Made by a program: the position numbers and the translations under genes | Virus record (IMG/VR): IMGVR_UViG_3300024265_000045 | Span: 1-64,000 of that record | Source of the DNA: a virus | DNA: 64,000 bases | Direction: 5' to 3' (one strand) | The notes under the pieces: model-generated | Databases searched by the model: none | Told to the model about the DNA's origin: nothing | The model's input: the letters and a program-made list of their open reading frames with translations, nothing else | Shown: piece by piece, positions 19,501-28,021 of the stretch | Layout of the letters: each line of letters opens with the position of its first letter | Numbering within the stretch: position 1 is the stretch's first letter

Positions 19501-20559
19501 TCCAGCGGCGGAAAATACTCTAAGCATTTCTGGTTGGAATAATTTATCTAAAGCTTCTGAAAATTTTACTCCTAACTTATCTACTAAAGGACCAAGTAAC
19601 TCTAAACCAAAAGCTGTGGATATAAAGTCCTTTATATTCTGTATAACTCCAGGAAGAGTTCTAGACATTCTCTCCATAGATTCTGGAAAGTCTTTATCTG
19701 CCATTTGTGAGAAAGTATTAATGAAGTCCATACCAGTCACGATACCTTCTTCCATTTGTTTCCGTACTTCAGAAAACGACACACCCGCCGTGTCAGCCAA
19801 TTTTTGAATGATTGTATTGACAGGTACAAATGAAGTTGCAAGGTCTCGTAAGTCCCTGCCCATGATACGAGTGGATGAAATCATTTGACCAAAGTTATAA
19901 ATAATTCTAGTTAAATGGTCGTCAGTGAGTCCCATCCCTGCTGTAAAGTTACCAACAGAAACAATCAACTTTTTCAATTTAGTTGTTGTAAATCCATACG
20001 AGTTAGCCATAGAAACTGCATTAGCTAGAGACTGAACACTGAATGGAGTGGTAACGGCGAGCCGACGGATCCAGTTCATCAGTGATCTGACTTGACCTTC
20101 AACCGAGGACATTGCGTCAGCGACTGAACCTCCAAATGCTCTAGCAAAGTCTCTACCAACAAGACCCTCTAAACGTATCTGCAGAGTTTGGAACTGACCA
20201 GCAGCTTCCCACGCTAATTCCCCTACTTCTCGTAGCCCCCGCTTGAAAGCTCTAAATACATCAGCCACAAAAACTGCTCGAATAACCCAAAGCATACTTT
20301 GAAATTCTCCGAGTAATTTTTGTAACGAAGTTTTAGCCAGAGTCTGTACGGCTCCAACTAATTTAGCGACGGCAGCTTGGACTTGAGTTGAGATCGTTTT
20401 CCCCATATTACCGACTGACTTCTCGATCTTCTCTAAATTAGCGTTGTTCAAGTCAGCTATTGATTTATTGATAGCAAACAATCCACCGACCAATATTTTC
20501 ACATAAGGAGTGAATTCAGCTAAGTTTAGAACCGCAGCTATTCCAACAGGAACGGGCAT
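16525..20559 (-). CDS. Tape measure protein
   Basis: 1344 aa helical protein; AVTTPFSV tape-measure domain; SRSPSKKF motif. Confidence 0.93.
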   Translation of the reverse strand: MPVPVGIAAVLNLAEFTPYVKILVGGLFAINKSIADLNNANLEKIEKSVGNMGKTISTQVQAAVAKLVGAVQTLAKTSLQKLLGEFQSMLWVIRAVFVADVFRAFKRGLREVGELAWEAAGQFQTLQIRLEGLVGRDFARAFGGSVADAMSSVEGQVRSLMNWIRRLAVTTPFSVQSLANAVSMANSYGFTTTKLKKLIVSVGNFTAGMGLTDDHLTRIIYNFGQMISSTRIMGRDLRDLATSFVPVNTIIQKLADTAGVSFSEVRKQMEEGIVTGMDFINTFSQMADKDFPESMERMSRTLPGVIQNIKDFISTAFGLELLGPLVDKLGVKFSEALDKLFQPEMLRVFSAAGHTIAIAFDEIYQALINDLIPAMQIFLTYLGLAAPTTLDVARAVLTVVHFVRNLIQFLARGITAFQEFLAPDKTFENFFKILSSKTFGWGIDFTMSFAQGIVTGASGVISALSFLTRVLTEWLKPGSPPKFLPELAAWGQAAAQVYLDGWVGVDFGPLEALIGTFRSFLRSTAIDEIALAASGDIAIASLEQLKVVIIAFGETGDVAKDAFEDLSDKIGEASNLFARYTRNTVLLTKATNTLTMVQRALSFTGEQTVVVFGEAIQNVQNLIDVSERFNSRLLPIMRDYAIITGQVTKAQDELNDTTRYYDDILQSLENQLGDNRKVFEENTRLQEIEQALTTLRLTDEERTTLELEKRDIILQRQIRQTKVERGVAIASAKNKLKAAKDEQMALKNAALSIAKTEQDILSSRVTGEKSLLDILIAQNEIRKQMIRTIEGEKTDLEFMGFEFDPSSFDDLGADLDASLQETIVGLSEIIGREMDDMWAEFTASLPSFEELFGTFFEDWNKFGEDIEKLDLFGNIDELVADIVESDWYTKISGAWDEFVEDLKEAWGNLLEFWELYGPDITRLLKEIAGIASEALLGVGVDTTGSLLDIVGELIVGLSEKLLASGPNIISFLEDFSETLTEDIIPALNDFTDWLETDGGELFEKFITILLENLPTILKVVGAIFLLRKAFTVSPLLTTAIGSVATAMFFLLTPFILVGLAMKNFEKQLKRLDEYPDILGSLIEIISDGLDSILDLFTEFAKELLRSFIEGMFALGEWFDDWMQVWIDGISNNEPKMYDVTGSLIQQIGRAILNFAGEQLWEFIMFIDRLIKIFGEYQETFKQMGRNLMLGILQGIYDKAYLILDFLRELIFQALDLVAQITGSRSPSKKFATLSSDWITGMVQGMEKTAPLLETMIRQTMRSMLFLAEDALSTQISQPVFAQAAPQISAPGFLPPSPRLDLDQSQTTQTFDQRTQLEINPTYKNVQSSASIYYDVQAALAAVRK

Positions 20560-20799
20560 TTATTTGATATCCTTATTCTCGAACGCCATCATCTCACTTT
20601 TTGCTATCACGAATGCTATCATTGCAGCTCTAGTTGAGGACGGCAAGTCCCAATAATCGTCGAGATTCATATTCCATTCATTCGCAGTAAGTACATCTCT
20701 ATAAATTGAACCGACTTCCCAGTTCCCCAATGGAATTTTAAGTTTCTGTAGTGGTATCCCCTCGTCCGTCTGATGCGTCGGGTTCCACTTGATCTGGAA
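20560..20799 (-). CDS. Tail assembly chaperone C-terminal (T) segment, reached by frameshift
   Basis: Open +1 frame with no convincing start (FQIKWNPTHQ...DDYWDLPSSTRAAMIAF...KDIK*); its stop abuts the tape measure ATG. Confidence 0.65.
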   Translation of the reverse strand, partial: FQIKWNPTHQTDEGIPLQKLKIPLGNWEVGSIYRDVLTANEWNMNLDDYWDLPSSTRAAMIAFVIAKSEMMAFENKDIK

Positions 20800-21373
20800 A
20801 GGATTCCTTTGCTTCGTCTAGGACCTCCTTGGAAACTCCAGTCAGCTCCATAACTAGTTCAAGTAAATTGGTAGCATCAGTTGAATGCTTTACAACATAA
20901 GCTGTTTTGAAAGCCAGTTCCACAGAATCTGCGTCATCATTACCATTCTCATCTTTAGGAAATTCTACCCCCTTAAGCTTCTGCCTGGATATCCATCTAG
21001 ACATTGGTATGGGAAGTTCTTCTGGCAAAGTAACTCCATCCAAAAGAACAGTGTTGATAACTTTTTCTGTAACCAGAATCCCAGCTTCGGTTTGTTTTTC
21101 TTCATACGCTGCCCATAATTTTTCAGCTTCAGGATCGCCTTTTATGGACTCCTCATCATGATATAGAGTTTCAATTCCTCCTCCAGCCAACTCTGCATCG
21201 TACGTGGGTTTCTCAGGTTGTTCAACAGAATTTATCACTGCCTGGATATCGAGAGGAGCCAATCCACCTAAAATAACTGTAAATCCATCTGAATTTGTAA
21301 ATTCAATTTCTTCAAATTCATTTTCATCACGTACATCAAACTTACGACGTTTCTTACTTTTTCTTTTTGCCAT
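20738..21373 (-). CDS. Tail assembly chaperone (G)
   Basis: Acidic protein between the tail tube and tape measure genes. Confidence 0.7.
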   Translation of the reverse strand: MAKRKSKKRRKFDVRDENEFEEIEFTNSDGFTVILGGLAPLDIQAVINSVEQPEKPTYDAELAGGGIETLYHDEESIKGDPEAEKLWAAYEEKQTEAGILVTEKVINTVLLDGVTLPEELPIPMSRWISRQKLKGVEFPKDENGNDDADSVELAFKTAYVVKHSTDATNLLELVMELTGVSKEVLDEAKESFPDQVEPDASDGRGDTTTET

Positions 21374-21379
21374 TACAGT

Positions 21380-21443
21380 ACTCCCTGTGTCCTAGACTCG
21401 ATGTTGGCAGGGAGTTACCAATCCCCCCCATCAAGTCTAGGAC
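21380..21443 (-). promoter_or_regulatory. Intergenic hairpin whose loop is complementary to the chaperone RBS
   Basis: 15-bp stem 21389-21403/21429-21443; loop ACUCCCUG is complementary to the RBS CAGGGAGU. Confidence 0.55.
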
Positions 21444-21469
21444 AACATATAAAATCTGCACTCCCAGAA

Positions 21470-22927
21470 TTACGCAACAGGTGAAATCAAAGCCATCATG
21501 CCAGATGTACCACTAGCGTTTCCAACAACATAGGAACGTTTCGGACTGACAATTCTGACATCGTTATAGCCAGCATTTGTGATTATTGGTATAGCATTCC
21601 AGTCATATCCACCATTGATTGTTATATAAATGTTACCGGAAGCAGCAGAACCAACAGCAATACCGAACAAACCATCCTTCCAAAATTCAACTGCTCCAAT
21701 AACAGAAGCATTGCGAACTTCCCAGGTTAGTCCACCATCATGGGTATATTCCATCCCATCTCCAACTGCCCAACCGAAGTATGCCGTGATCATATAGATA
21801 TCTCGTGCGGCTGCAAGAGTAGTTGAAGTTACAGCACTCCAGGTTGTTCCACCATCAGTTGTATTGGCGACCTCTCCAGCAGTCCAAATAGCAAAACCAG
21901 TTGTACTGGAAACAAAGTCGATACCCATGATGTCAGAAGCAGAAATTCCAGCATCTTCTTGAATGGTCCAAGTAAGACCACCATCACTGGAGAAGTAAAT
22001 CCGTCCACCGTCTGTCCCGAGCCATATATTGTACTGGTCAAGAGCAAATAGAGCATGATTACTGGCGACATACGCACCATTCGCAGCTCCATAATCAACA
22101 TTTGTCCAGGTTACTCCACCATCATCACTGTAAGCTATTTCACCTTCAACACCAGCATCTGTTGTTCCACGAGCAACAAGTATTCTTGTTACAGTCCTAC
22201 TAAGCTGAAAACAAACAATACCCTGAACATCTTCTCCGGCAGCAAAAGGATCTCCGACTGTTCCTGCCCACACAGCTTCATTTTGTGATGTCAAAATATT
22301 GGCTACATTAGCTGCGGACGCAGCTAAATGTTTCGTAGCTGCATACAAAGAATCCCAAGGATTAGTAGTAGGACCACAATCTCCAGCACAAACTTCTTCA
22401 CCGCAGATAGCAAATCCAGTTATATCCTCAGTTTCAGTCAAAGTAATACGATTGGCTTCAAGACTGAAGTACCTGGATAAAGTCTCTGCAGACATATCAA
22501 AACTTTGCGTAGATTCATTTTCATCCGCAGGTTGCCTGGAAGCTGTGTTACCCAAAGTTCTCTGAGTAACTTTTGTTCTCGCCATAGCAAATGAACGATC
22601 GTAATTAGCGAAAACATCTCTTCGACCGCACAGAACTTTATGGATATAAACTGGAACTAAACAAGTTTCAAGTTCTTCCAAGAAATCTGCGGTAGTGTGC
22701 ATCACGGATTCGATAGTAGTTGTAGGAACTCCAGGGTCTCCGGAATAGCTGTTCTTCACTTCATACTTACCAGACGCTGCTTTGTCTGCACAATAAGTCA
22801 GAGTCAAATCACCTTTTGGCTCGGTCAGATCACCAATACTGTGACAACCAAGATATTCTGGTTTGGTATTGGGTCCGTTAGGCTGAACCCAGATAGATGC
22901 TTGACCTGCAAGTAACGGACTAGACAT
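21470..22927 (-). CDS. Major tail (tube) protein with C-terminal Asp-box/BNR beta-propeller
   Basis: Position upstream of the chaperone; repeats YSDDGGVTW, FSSDGGLTW, TTDGGTTW, YTHDGGLTW, TINGGYDW. Confidence 0.7.
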   Translation of the reverse strand: MSSPLLAGQASIWVQPNGPNTKPEYLGCHSIGDLTEPKGDLTLTYCADKAASGKYEVKNSYSGDPGVPTTTIESVMHTTADFLEELETCLVPVYIHKVLCGRRDVFANYDRSFAMARTKVTQRTLGNTASRQPADENESTQSFDMSAETLSRYFSLEANRITLTETEDITGFAICGEEVCAGDCGPTTNPWDSLYAATKHLAASAANVANILTSQNEAVWAGTVGDPFAAGEDVQGIVCFQLSRTVTRILVARGTTDAGVEGEIAYSDDGGVTWTNVDYGAANGAYVASNHALFALDQYNIWLGTDGGRIYFSSDGGLTWTIQEDAGISASDIMGIDFVSSTTGFAIWTAGEVANTTDGGTTWSAVTSTTLAAARDIYMITAYFGWAVGDGMEYTHDGGLTWEVRNASVIGAVEFWKDGLFGIAVGSAASGNIYITINGGYDWNAIPIITNAGYNDVRIVSPKRSYVVGNASGTSGMMALISPVA

Positions 22928-22929
22928 AT

Positions 22930-23307
22930 TTATACCTCCTTTGCCGATTTGGCAATTGATACAATATCACGGGCACAAATTCCAATAGCCTCCGCTAAAG
23001 CACTTTGGATAGCTCCTGGCTTACTTTGTATATCTGCGTATGTCCATAGTCCAACTTTTCGCAAACATCCCGCTAAACACTCTGCGGTAATCTCCCTATT
23101 CGGTAGGGCGATTTCCCAAGGAATACCATAAGGCTGACCACGTTCTAGCTCATTCAAGGTCATTTCAATGAGCTTGGTATGAGGTATCTCTTCCGGCATT
23201 GCATCTGCAGGAAGAATCACCCTATTAGGAATACCTTCAACATTATATTCAAGTAAAAAAGCCATGTTCTTATGCCTAATAACTTTTACTTCAATTTTTT
23301 TATCCAT
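22930..23307 (-). CDS. Hypothetical head-tail region protein
   Basis: GAGG RBS; position in the structural operon. Confidence 0.6.
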   Translation of the reverse strand: MDKKIEVKVIRHKNMAFLLEYNVEGIPNRVILPADAMPEEIPHTKLIEMTLNELERGQPYGIPWEIALPNREITAECLAGCLRKVGLWTYADIQSKPGAIQSALAEAIGICARDIVSIAKSAKEV

Positions 23308-23316
23308 ACGCCTCCT

Positions 23317-23856
23317 TTACAGCGACTGCCTCATGGACAGAGCTTCAGTAAAAATTTCAACTAGAATATCTTCAAACATTTCTTCAATTTCATCTTCTCT
23401 ATTTTCGGCAGTGACTTGATCCCAATTTCTAGCCCTTACTCCCCAATTCAGAACAATTTTAGCATGAACATTTCCTTCCCCGTCAATTCGTTCTGCATTA
23501 GCGGTCAGCGCATTAGGGTCAGTTTTAGACTGTCTAAATTCATCAAATACAAGATATTCTGTTTTCTCAGGATCTTTAGGTTCTATTACGTATTTCCCTT
23601 TTTCAACTCCCTTGCAAATGACATTATATAAAAAATCTTCTGTCCATACAGTAAATCCAATATTGACTTTATTGAATATTTTATTAGCTTCTATTTTTGG
23701 ACGTTTATCCCAAGTAAGTGTAGGAGCTTGCAAATCTTTCTTTATCAAAGCAATCATCTTACTCAATCTGGTCAAAACTGTAAGTCTCCAAGAACCTTTA
23801 CTTAGATTCCTGTAAGCTTCCAAATCAAAACCAGTTTTTGCAAAAGTTATTTCCAT
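23317..23856 (-). CDS. Putative neck / tail completion protein
   Basis: YVIEPK...LVF...AKIVLNWGVRARNW resembles HK97-gp10-like neck proteins; position. Confidence 0.55.
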   Translation of the reverse strand: MEITFAKTGFDLEAYRNLSKGSWRLTVLTRLSKMIALIKKDLQAPTLTWDKRPKIEANKIFNKVNIGFTVWTEDFLYNVICKGVEKGKYVIEPKDPEKTEYLVFDEFRQSKTDPNALTANAERIDGEGNVHAKIVLNWGVRARNWDQVTAENREDEIEEMFEDILVEIFTEALSMRQSL

Positions 23857-24914
23857 TATCTACCTGCAGGAAAAGCCATTGCGCCCATTTTATATTGAAT
23901 AAGACTAGTTGCGAACTGCCATGCCATCCAAGCCCCATCAGACAATCCGAAGTTACATTCCAATCTAGCTCGGCTCAAGTTTTTAGGTATATTTCTATCA
24001 GATCTCCAACGCTGAACTAATGGATCACAACCACAAGGAGCAATACTCATAAGAGAATGAGCTAAACGTACAATCGCCATTTCCATTTTCCTTGTGACTA
24101 CAGGAGCTCCAGCAGCATAATTAATAAACATCCTATAAGGACTACCACATATTGACGTATTTCTAGTCCAAACTCCGCCACTATAAGTCGCAACACTAAT
24201 TTTTATACTTCCAGAATATCCTTTCCTTAAAAGTCCGCATATAGTAGCTGTAGAATGATCACATGGAGTAGAATCGCAACCACAGACATTATTAGTATAA
24301 TGAATTTCTCCATGATCTGAAGTATTTGTATAAAATCTTTTGACATCTATAGTAGTCTGAAAATTAGCATTATCACTATATAGCCAACCTTCTGTAGGAT
24401 TATCCAACTGATCATAATCAACCATACGGCAGCGAGGGATCGAGATAACAAAGTTGGCTCCAACAATCTCAATTGAAGATGGTTCTATTCTATAGTCTAC
24501 ATCTGGGTAGAAAATAAAAATTTCTGACGTATCAGTAAGCCCTCCGGTAGGAACAGTAAATACAAGTGGATCAGTGGAAATATCAGCAACAGCAACATCG
24601 TCTCCAACACTTGCTTCACCCCTGGATCCTAGCTCAAGAACTTTTGACCAGTCAGTTGTAACCAAGCAAGAATATTTATGTTCCTCATCTTCGAACCATG
24701 ATTTAGTTAGAGGATATCCAGCTTGATCTTCTATCATTTCTTGAGCTTCCAAAAGATAAAACATTAAATCTGAGCGTTGCTGTTCATTCCATAATTCACG
24801 GCAGGCGTAAACAGGGTTATCTTCATTGGACACACCAAAAAAAGCACATTCAAAATATCCGATCAATTTGGCATATCGGGCTGGAGAAATAGCTCTGTAA
24901 GGAAGGTCTTCCAT
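23856..24914 (-). CDS. Putative head-tail adaptor
   Basis: EAQEMIEDQAGY...INYAAG...MAIVRLA adaptor-like layout; Cys-rich. Confidence 0.6.
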   Translation of the reverse strand: MEDLPYRAISPARYAKLIGYFECAFFGVSNEDNPVYACRELWNEQQRSDLMFYLLEAQEMIEDQAGYPLTKSWFEDEEHKYSCLVTTDWSKVLELGSRGEASVGDDVAVADISTDPLVFTVPTGGLTDTSEIFIFYPDVDYRIEPSSIEIVGANFVISIPRCRMVDYDQLDNPTEGWLYSDNANFQTTIDVKRFYTNTSDHGEIHYTNNVCGCDSTPCDHSTATICGLLRKGYSGSIKISVATYSGGVWTRNTSICGSPYRMFINYAAGAPVVTRKMEMAIVRLAHSLMSIAPCGCDPLVQRWRSDRNIPKNLSRARLECNFGLSDGAWMAWQFATSLIQYKMGAMAFPAGR

Positions 24915-25023
24915 ATTTTTGCCTTATTATGTACTAATGTAAGTTCGTTTTACTAAACAGCACTTCTAAATACGTCTAAAACATATCCAATTTACGTAAC
25001 TGGTAGTTTACTACCAGCCTATT

Positions 25024-25368
25024 TTATCGATTATTCCGTGGATGTAATTTATCGATACCTGACTGAATTATATCTTGCACTCCACTAATTCCAAAAACCA
25101 AGACTATATACTCTGACCAATGAGGTGCTAAACTCCAAACATAAACAAGTAATCCTGAAAGCCATATACCGATACAAAAAGGACAATTGACAAACTCAGC
25201 TAAACTGAGGGTAAAAATATTTCTCTTATTTGCAGCTAATTTTTGTATCCAAAATCTGAAACTTTTAATAAGTCCCACAGGTCCATCTTCATCTGCTATC
25301 ACTCGAGCTATGCGATAACAAGCCAAAGAGTAAATTACGAACCTTAGAAACTCATTCAGAATAATCAA
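25024..25368 (-). CDS. DUF1360-family membrane protein
   Basis: LACYRIARVIADEDGP...FVNCPFCIGIW. Confidence 0.8.
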   Translation of the reverse strand: MIILNEFLRFVIYSLACYRIARVIADEDGPVGLIKSFRFWIQKLAANKRNIFTLSLAEFVNCPFCIGIWLSGLLVYVWSLAPHWSEYIVLVFGISGVQDIIQSGIDKLHPRNNR

Positions 25369-26632
25369 AAGAGTCCTCTACTAAAGCAGGAACTTTGTCG
25401 AGTGTTATGTTTAATAGCTCAGCCAAGTTTTCCTCAGGAGTATCTCTAAATTGCTCAAAAGTATGAATCCCTGCTTTCCGCAAGGTTTGAGCTTTTGATT
25501 TTCCAACACCTTTCAGTTGAGTGAAGTCATCAAATAACTCAGGTACGATGTCTGAGGCAGGTTCTACTTCCACCACCTTTTCTGCTGGAGCAGGAACAGG
25601 TTCTTGAACTTGCTTCTGAATAAAAACCTGTTTACCCCTATCATGAAGCTGTAGTAGACCTTGCTTATTCTCCGTCCATACATCTCTTTTGTCAACGAAG
25701 CCCTGCCGTCGTTTTGCACTGAATCTATACGCAACACCAGTCACAGGTCCGAAATATGTTTCTGAGCCAAAATTACCGCCTTGATATTCTATTAAAATCA
25801 TACCACTAGCTCCTACTAATTGTTCTGAACCAACACCTTTTACGGAAGGTGTTGCCATTGCTCTGTTACGACCTCCACAGCAAGCCATATAATCGCCTCC
25901 ATATAAGTCAGGAAAAACTTTTTCCATCTGTTTAGCATATTTCATCTGCCATTCAGAAGAGTTATTTTTTAAAGATCTATTTTGCCCAAATCTTCTGTAG
26001 ATATATCCAGGATAATCAATCTTTACTCCTGGAATATTATTCAAACCTAATGCTACATTGAAAGCCCAGTCGTCTCGACCATTTGCCATTTCATCTGGAT
26101 ATCCCTTGCATTTTACCCAAGAGGTTTTCCAAAACATAATTCCAGAATGAATTGTATTTTTGCATTTAAGTTTATAAAAATCATATTCAGCTAATTCCCA
26201 GATTTTATCTTGCAGACCATTTGGAGTTAGAAGTCTAATATTATCATAAACAAATACTTCTTCATGTTCGAGCAATTCTCTATACATTCTTTCAAATGAT
26301 TCTTCAGCTCGCATATCGTCTGCATCAATTCTGGTTATAACTTCATATTTTGCCTTATCTATTGCTATGTTACAAGAAATTGCTGTTCCGAATGTTCGTA
26401 AATTCTTGATATAATGAACTTTTAAACTTTCTTCCTCATTATATAATTGACTTTGTTCTTTGATAATGTTAGCTGTATTGTCATCTGAATTATCATCAAC
26501 TATTATAACCTCAGCGGGAAGTAACGTTTGAGGTTTTAAAACTCCAAGACTAGACTCACCACCATATATAGAACTGAGTAAATCTGGAATATATTTTCCA
26601 TGATTATAACATGGAACTATAACTGAAATCAT
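25352..26632 (-). CDS. GT2 glycosyltransferase fused to a C-terminal protein with a helix-hairpin-helix domain
   Basis: ISVIVPCYN, IVDDNSDD, IDADD, GRDDW; C-terminal LKGVGKSKAQTLRKAGI; internal GGAGG+ATG at 25888. Confidence 0.85.
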   Translation of the reverse strand: MISVIVPCYNHGKYIPDLLSSIYGGESSLGVLKPQTLLPAEVIIVDDNSDDNTANIIKEQSQLYNEEESLKVHYIKNLRTFGTAISCNIAIDKAKYEVITRIDADDMRAEESFERMYRELLEHEEVFVYDNIRLLTPNGLQDKIWELAEYDFYKLKCKNTIHSGIMFWKTSWVKCKGYPDEMANGRDDWAFNVALGLNNIPGVKIDYPGYIYRRFGQNRSLKNNSSEWQMKYAKQMEKVFPDLYGGDYMACCGGRNRAMATPSVKGVGSEQLVGASGMILIEYQGGNFGSETYFGPVTGVAYRFSAKRRQGFVDKRDVWTENKQGLLQLHDRGKQVFIQKQVQEPVPAPAEKVVEVEPASDIVPELFDDFTQLKGVGKSKAQTLRKAGIHTFEQFRDTPEENLAELLNITLDKVPALVEDSFDYSE

Positions 26633-26640
26633 AATTACAG

Positions 26641-26671
26641 GGGAGGTGGGCGAAAACGAAACCCACCTCCC
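26641..26671 (-). terminator. Hairpin after the major capsid gene
   Basis: GGGAGGTGGG/CCCACCTCCC 10-bp stem; no U-tract. Confidence 0.5.
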
Positions 26672-26695
26672 AAAATAAGGAGAACTAAATCGAGC

Positions 26696-28006
26696 TTACG
26701 GACAAGCAGGAATACAGAAGCTTGATTCAGGGAAGAAGCTCGTTTCCCAAGGATCAGGACTGAGAACGCCTCCAGGGGTATTGCATTCAATATCTTGGAA
26801 TCTTGCTTGCGCCCATGGAGCCCACATCAGAAGACGTGGTTGAAACTCCACTTCACGCTGCATACAAGTCTGATCCTGATTTGACCAGGTCAGCAACCGT
26901 CCGCCGTCAGTATATGAATATGTAGCTTTCGGATACGTCGGAGGAACTTTACGCATATCAAGCATCTGTCCAGATATCATCTGCACCGAACCAACCTTTC
27001 CAGTTAGTAGATACGCATCAGCGTCGCCGGTAACATTGTTGGTCAGTGACCAGTTGTAAGCTAACATGGGAATCTCAAAACCATCTATGAAAATCTTGCC
27101 CATGTTGAATAGACCGCCATCTAAGCCACGCCGGAAAGTCCTGGCTTCATATGACTGAATTGCTACTTCATTATACTGACTACCTTCACAAACACTCCAG
27201 CAAGTATAATGGTCGAGCAAACAACGAATAACATGAGTCGGAGCAACAAAAACCATATCTCCGGGTAGCATAGGCTGTGAAGCAAGGGGCGGAGCCATGT
27301 CAATGCGATCTTTAATCCGCCGAACAACAGCTTGCAAAACATCAACGAAATTGTACGTCGCTGCGATTGCTGCACCGTTCCAAGTCATCCCAGCTCCACC
27401 AGCCATTTGATTACTGTTCCAATCAATGACAATACTGTCCATAATGTCACAATTATAGCCGGTTGAATCTGTATAACCTGTTTTAACAAGACGCTGAAGC
27501 CCATCGAACTGACCTGCTGTTGTAGCGTTGCCAGTTATGATAGCACGTTTCAAGTCTTGGACAATAGCCTCAGTAGCGACACGCATATCATATTCATCGT
27601 CATTGACAATACGACTACCGTCGAGTCGATACATAGGCTGTTGTTCACAATATTTAGTATTTATTCTGGTAGCATCACGAACAGGTCCGTGTCTACGATA
27701 TCTTCCCCAATCTTCCAGGACAAAGTCACACTTTCCCCATTCTGCACCGTTGGACTCACCACAAGGGTCTGATATGTATCCAGGAGTTGCAACTCCCTGA
27801 GTACGTTCTGCACGAACATACGTGATGAAATTTTTCTTGATCAGACACACACTGGTAAGTTCCCATCCGATCCAGTCGAGAAACTTGTTAGCTCCCTCCA
27901 TGGAAAGAGACATAAGGTCGTTGTCAGTACACATGTCAAACAATCCACAACAACCGTAGATTGTAGCAACATCACTGACTTCAAACCGTTCAACTTGTTT
28001 AAGCAT
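26696..28006 (-). CDS. Major capsid protein
   Basis: Follows the protease/scaffold gene; IITGNATTAGQFDGLQRL HK97-fold signature; strong RBS; downstream hairpin. Confidence 0.82.
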   Translation of the reverse strand: MLKQVERFEVSDVATIYGCCGLFDMCTDNDLMSLSMEGANKFLDWIGWELTSVCLIKKNFITYVRAERTQGVATPGYISDPCGESNGAEWGKCDFVLEDWGRYRRHGPVRDATRINTKYCEQQPMYRLDGSRIVNDDEYDMRVATEAIVQDLKRAIITGNATTAGQFDGLQRLVKTGYTDSTGYNCDIMDSIVIDWNSNQMAGGAGMTWNGAAIAATYNFVDVLQAVVRRIKDRIDMAPPLASQPMLPGDMVFVAPTHVIRCLLDHYTCWSVCEGSQYNEVAIQSYEARTFRRGLDGGLFNMGKIFIDGFEIPMLAYNWSLTNNVTGDADAYLLTGKVGSVQMISGQMLDMRKVPPTYPKATYSYTDGGRLLTWSNQDQTCMQREVEFQPRLLMWAPWAQARFQDIECNTPGGVLSPDPWETSFFPESSFCIPACP

Positions 28007-28021
28007 ATTTATACTCCTTCT

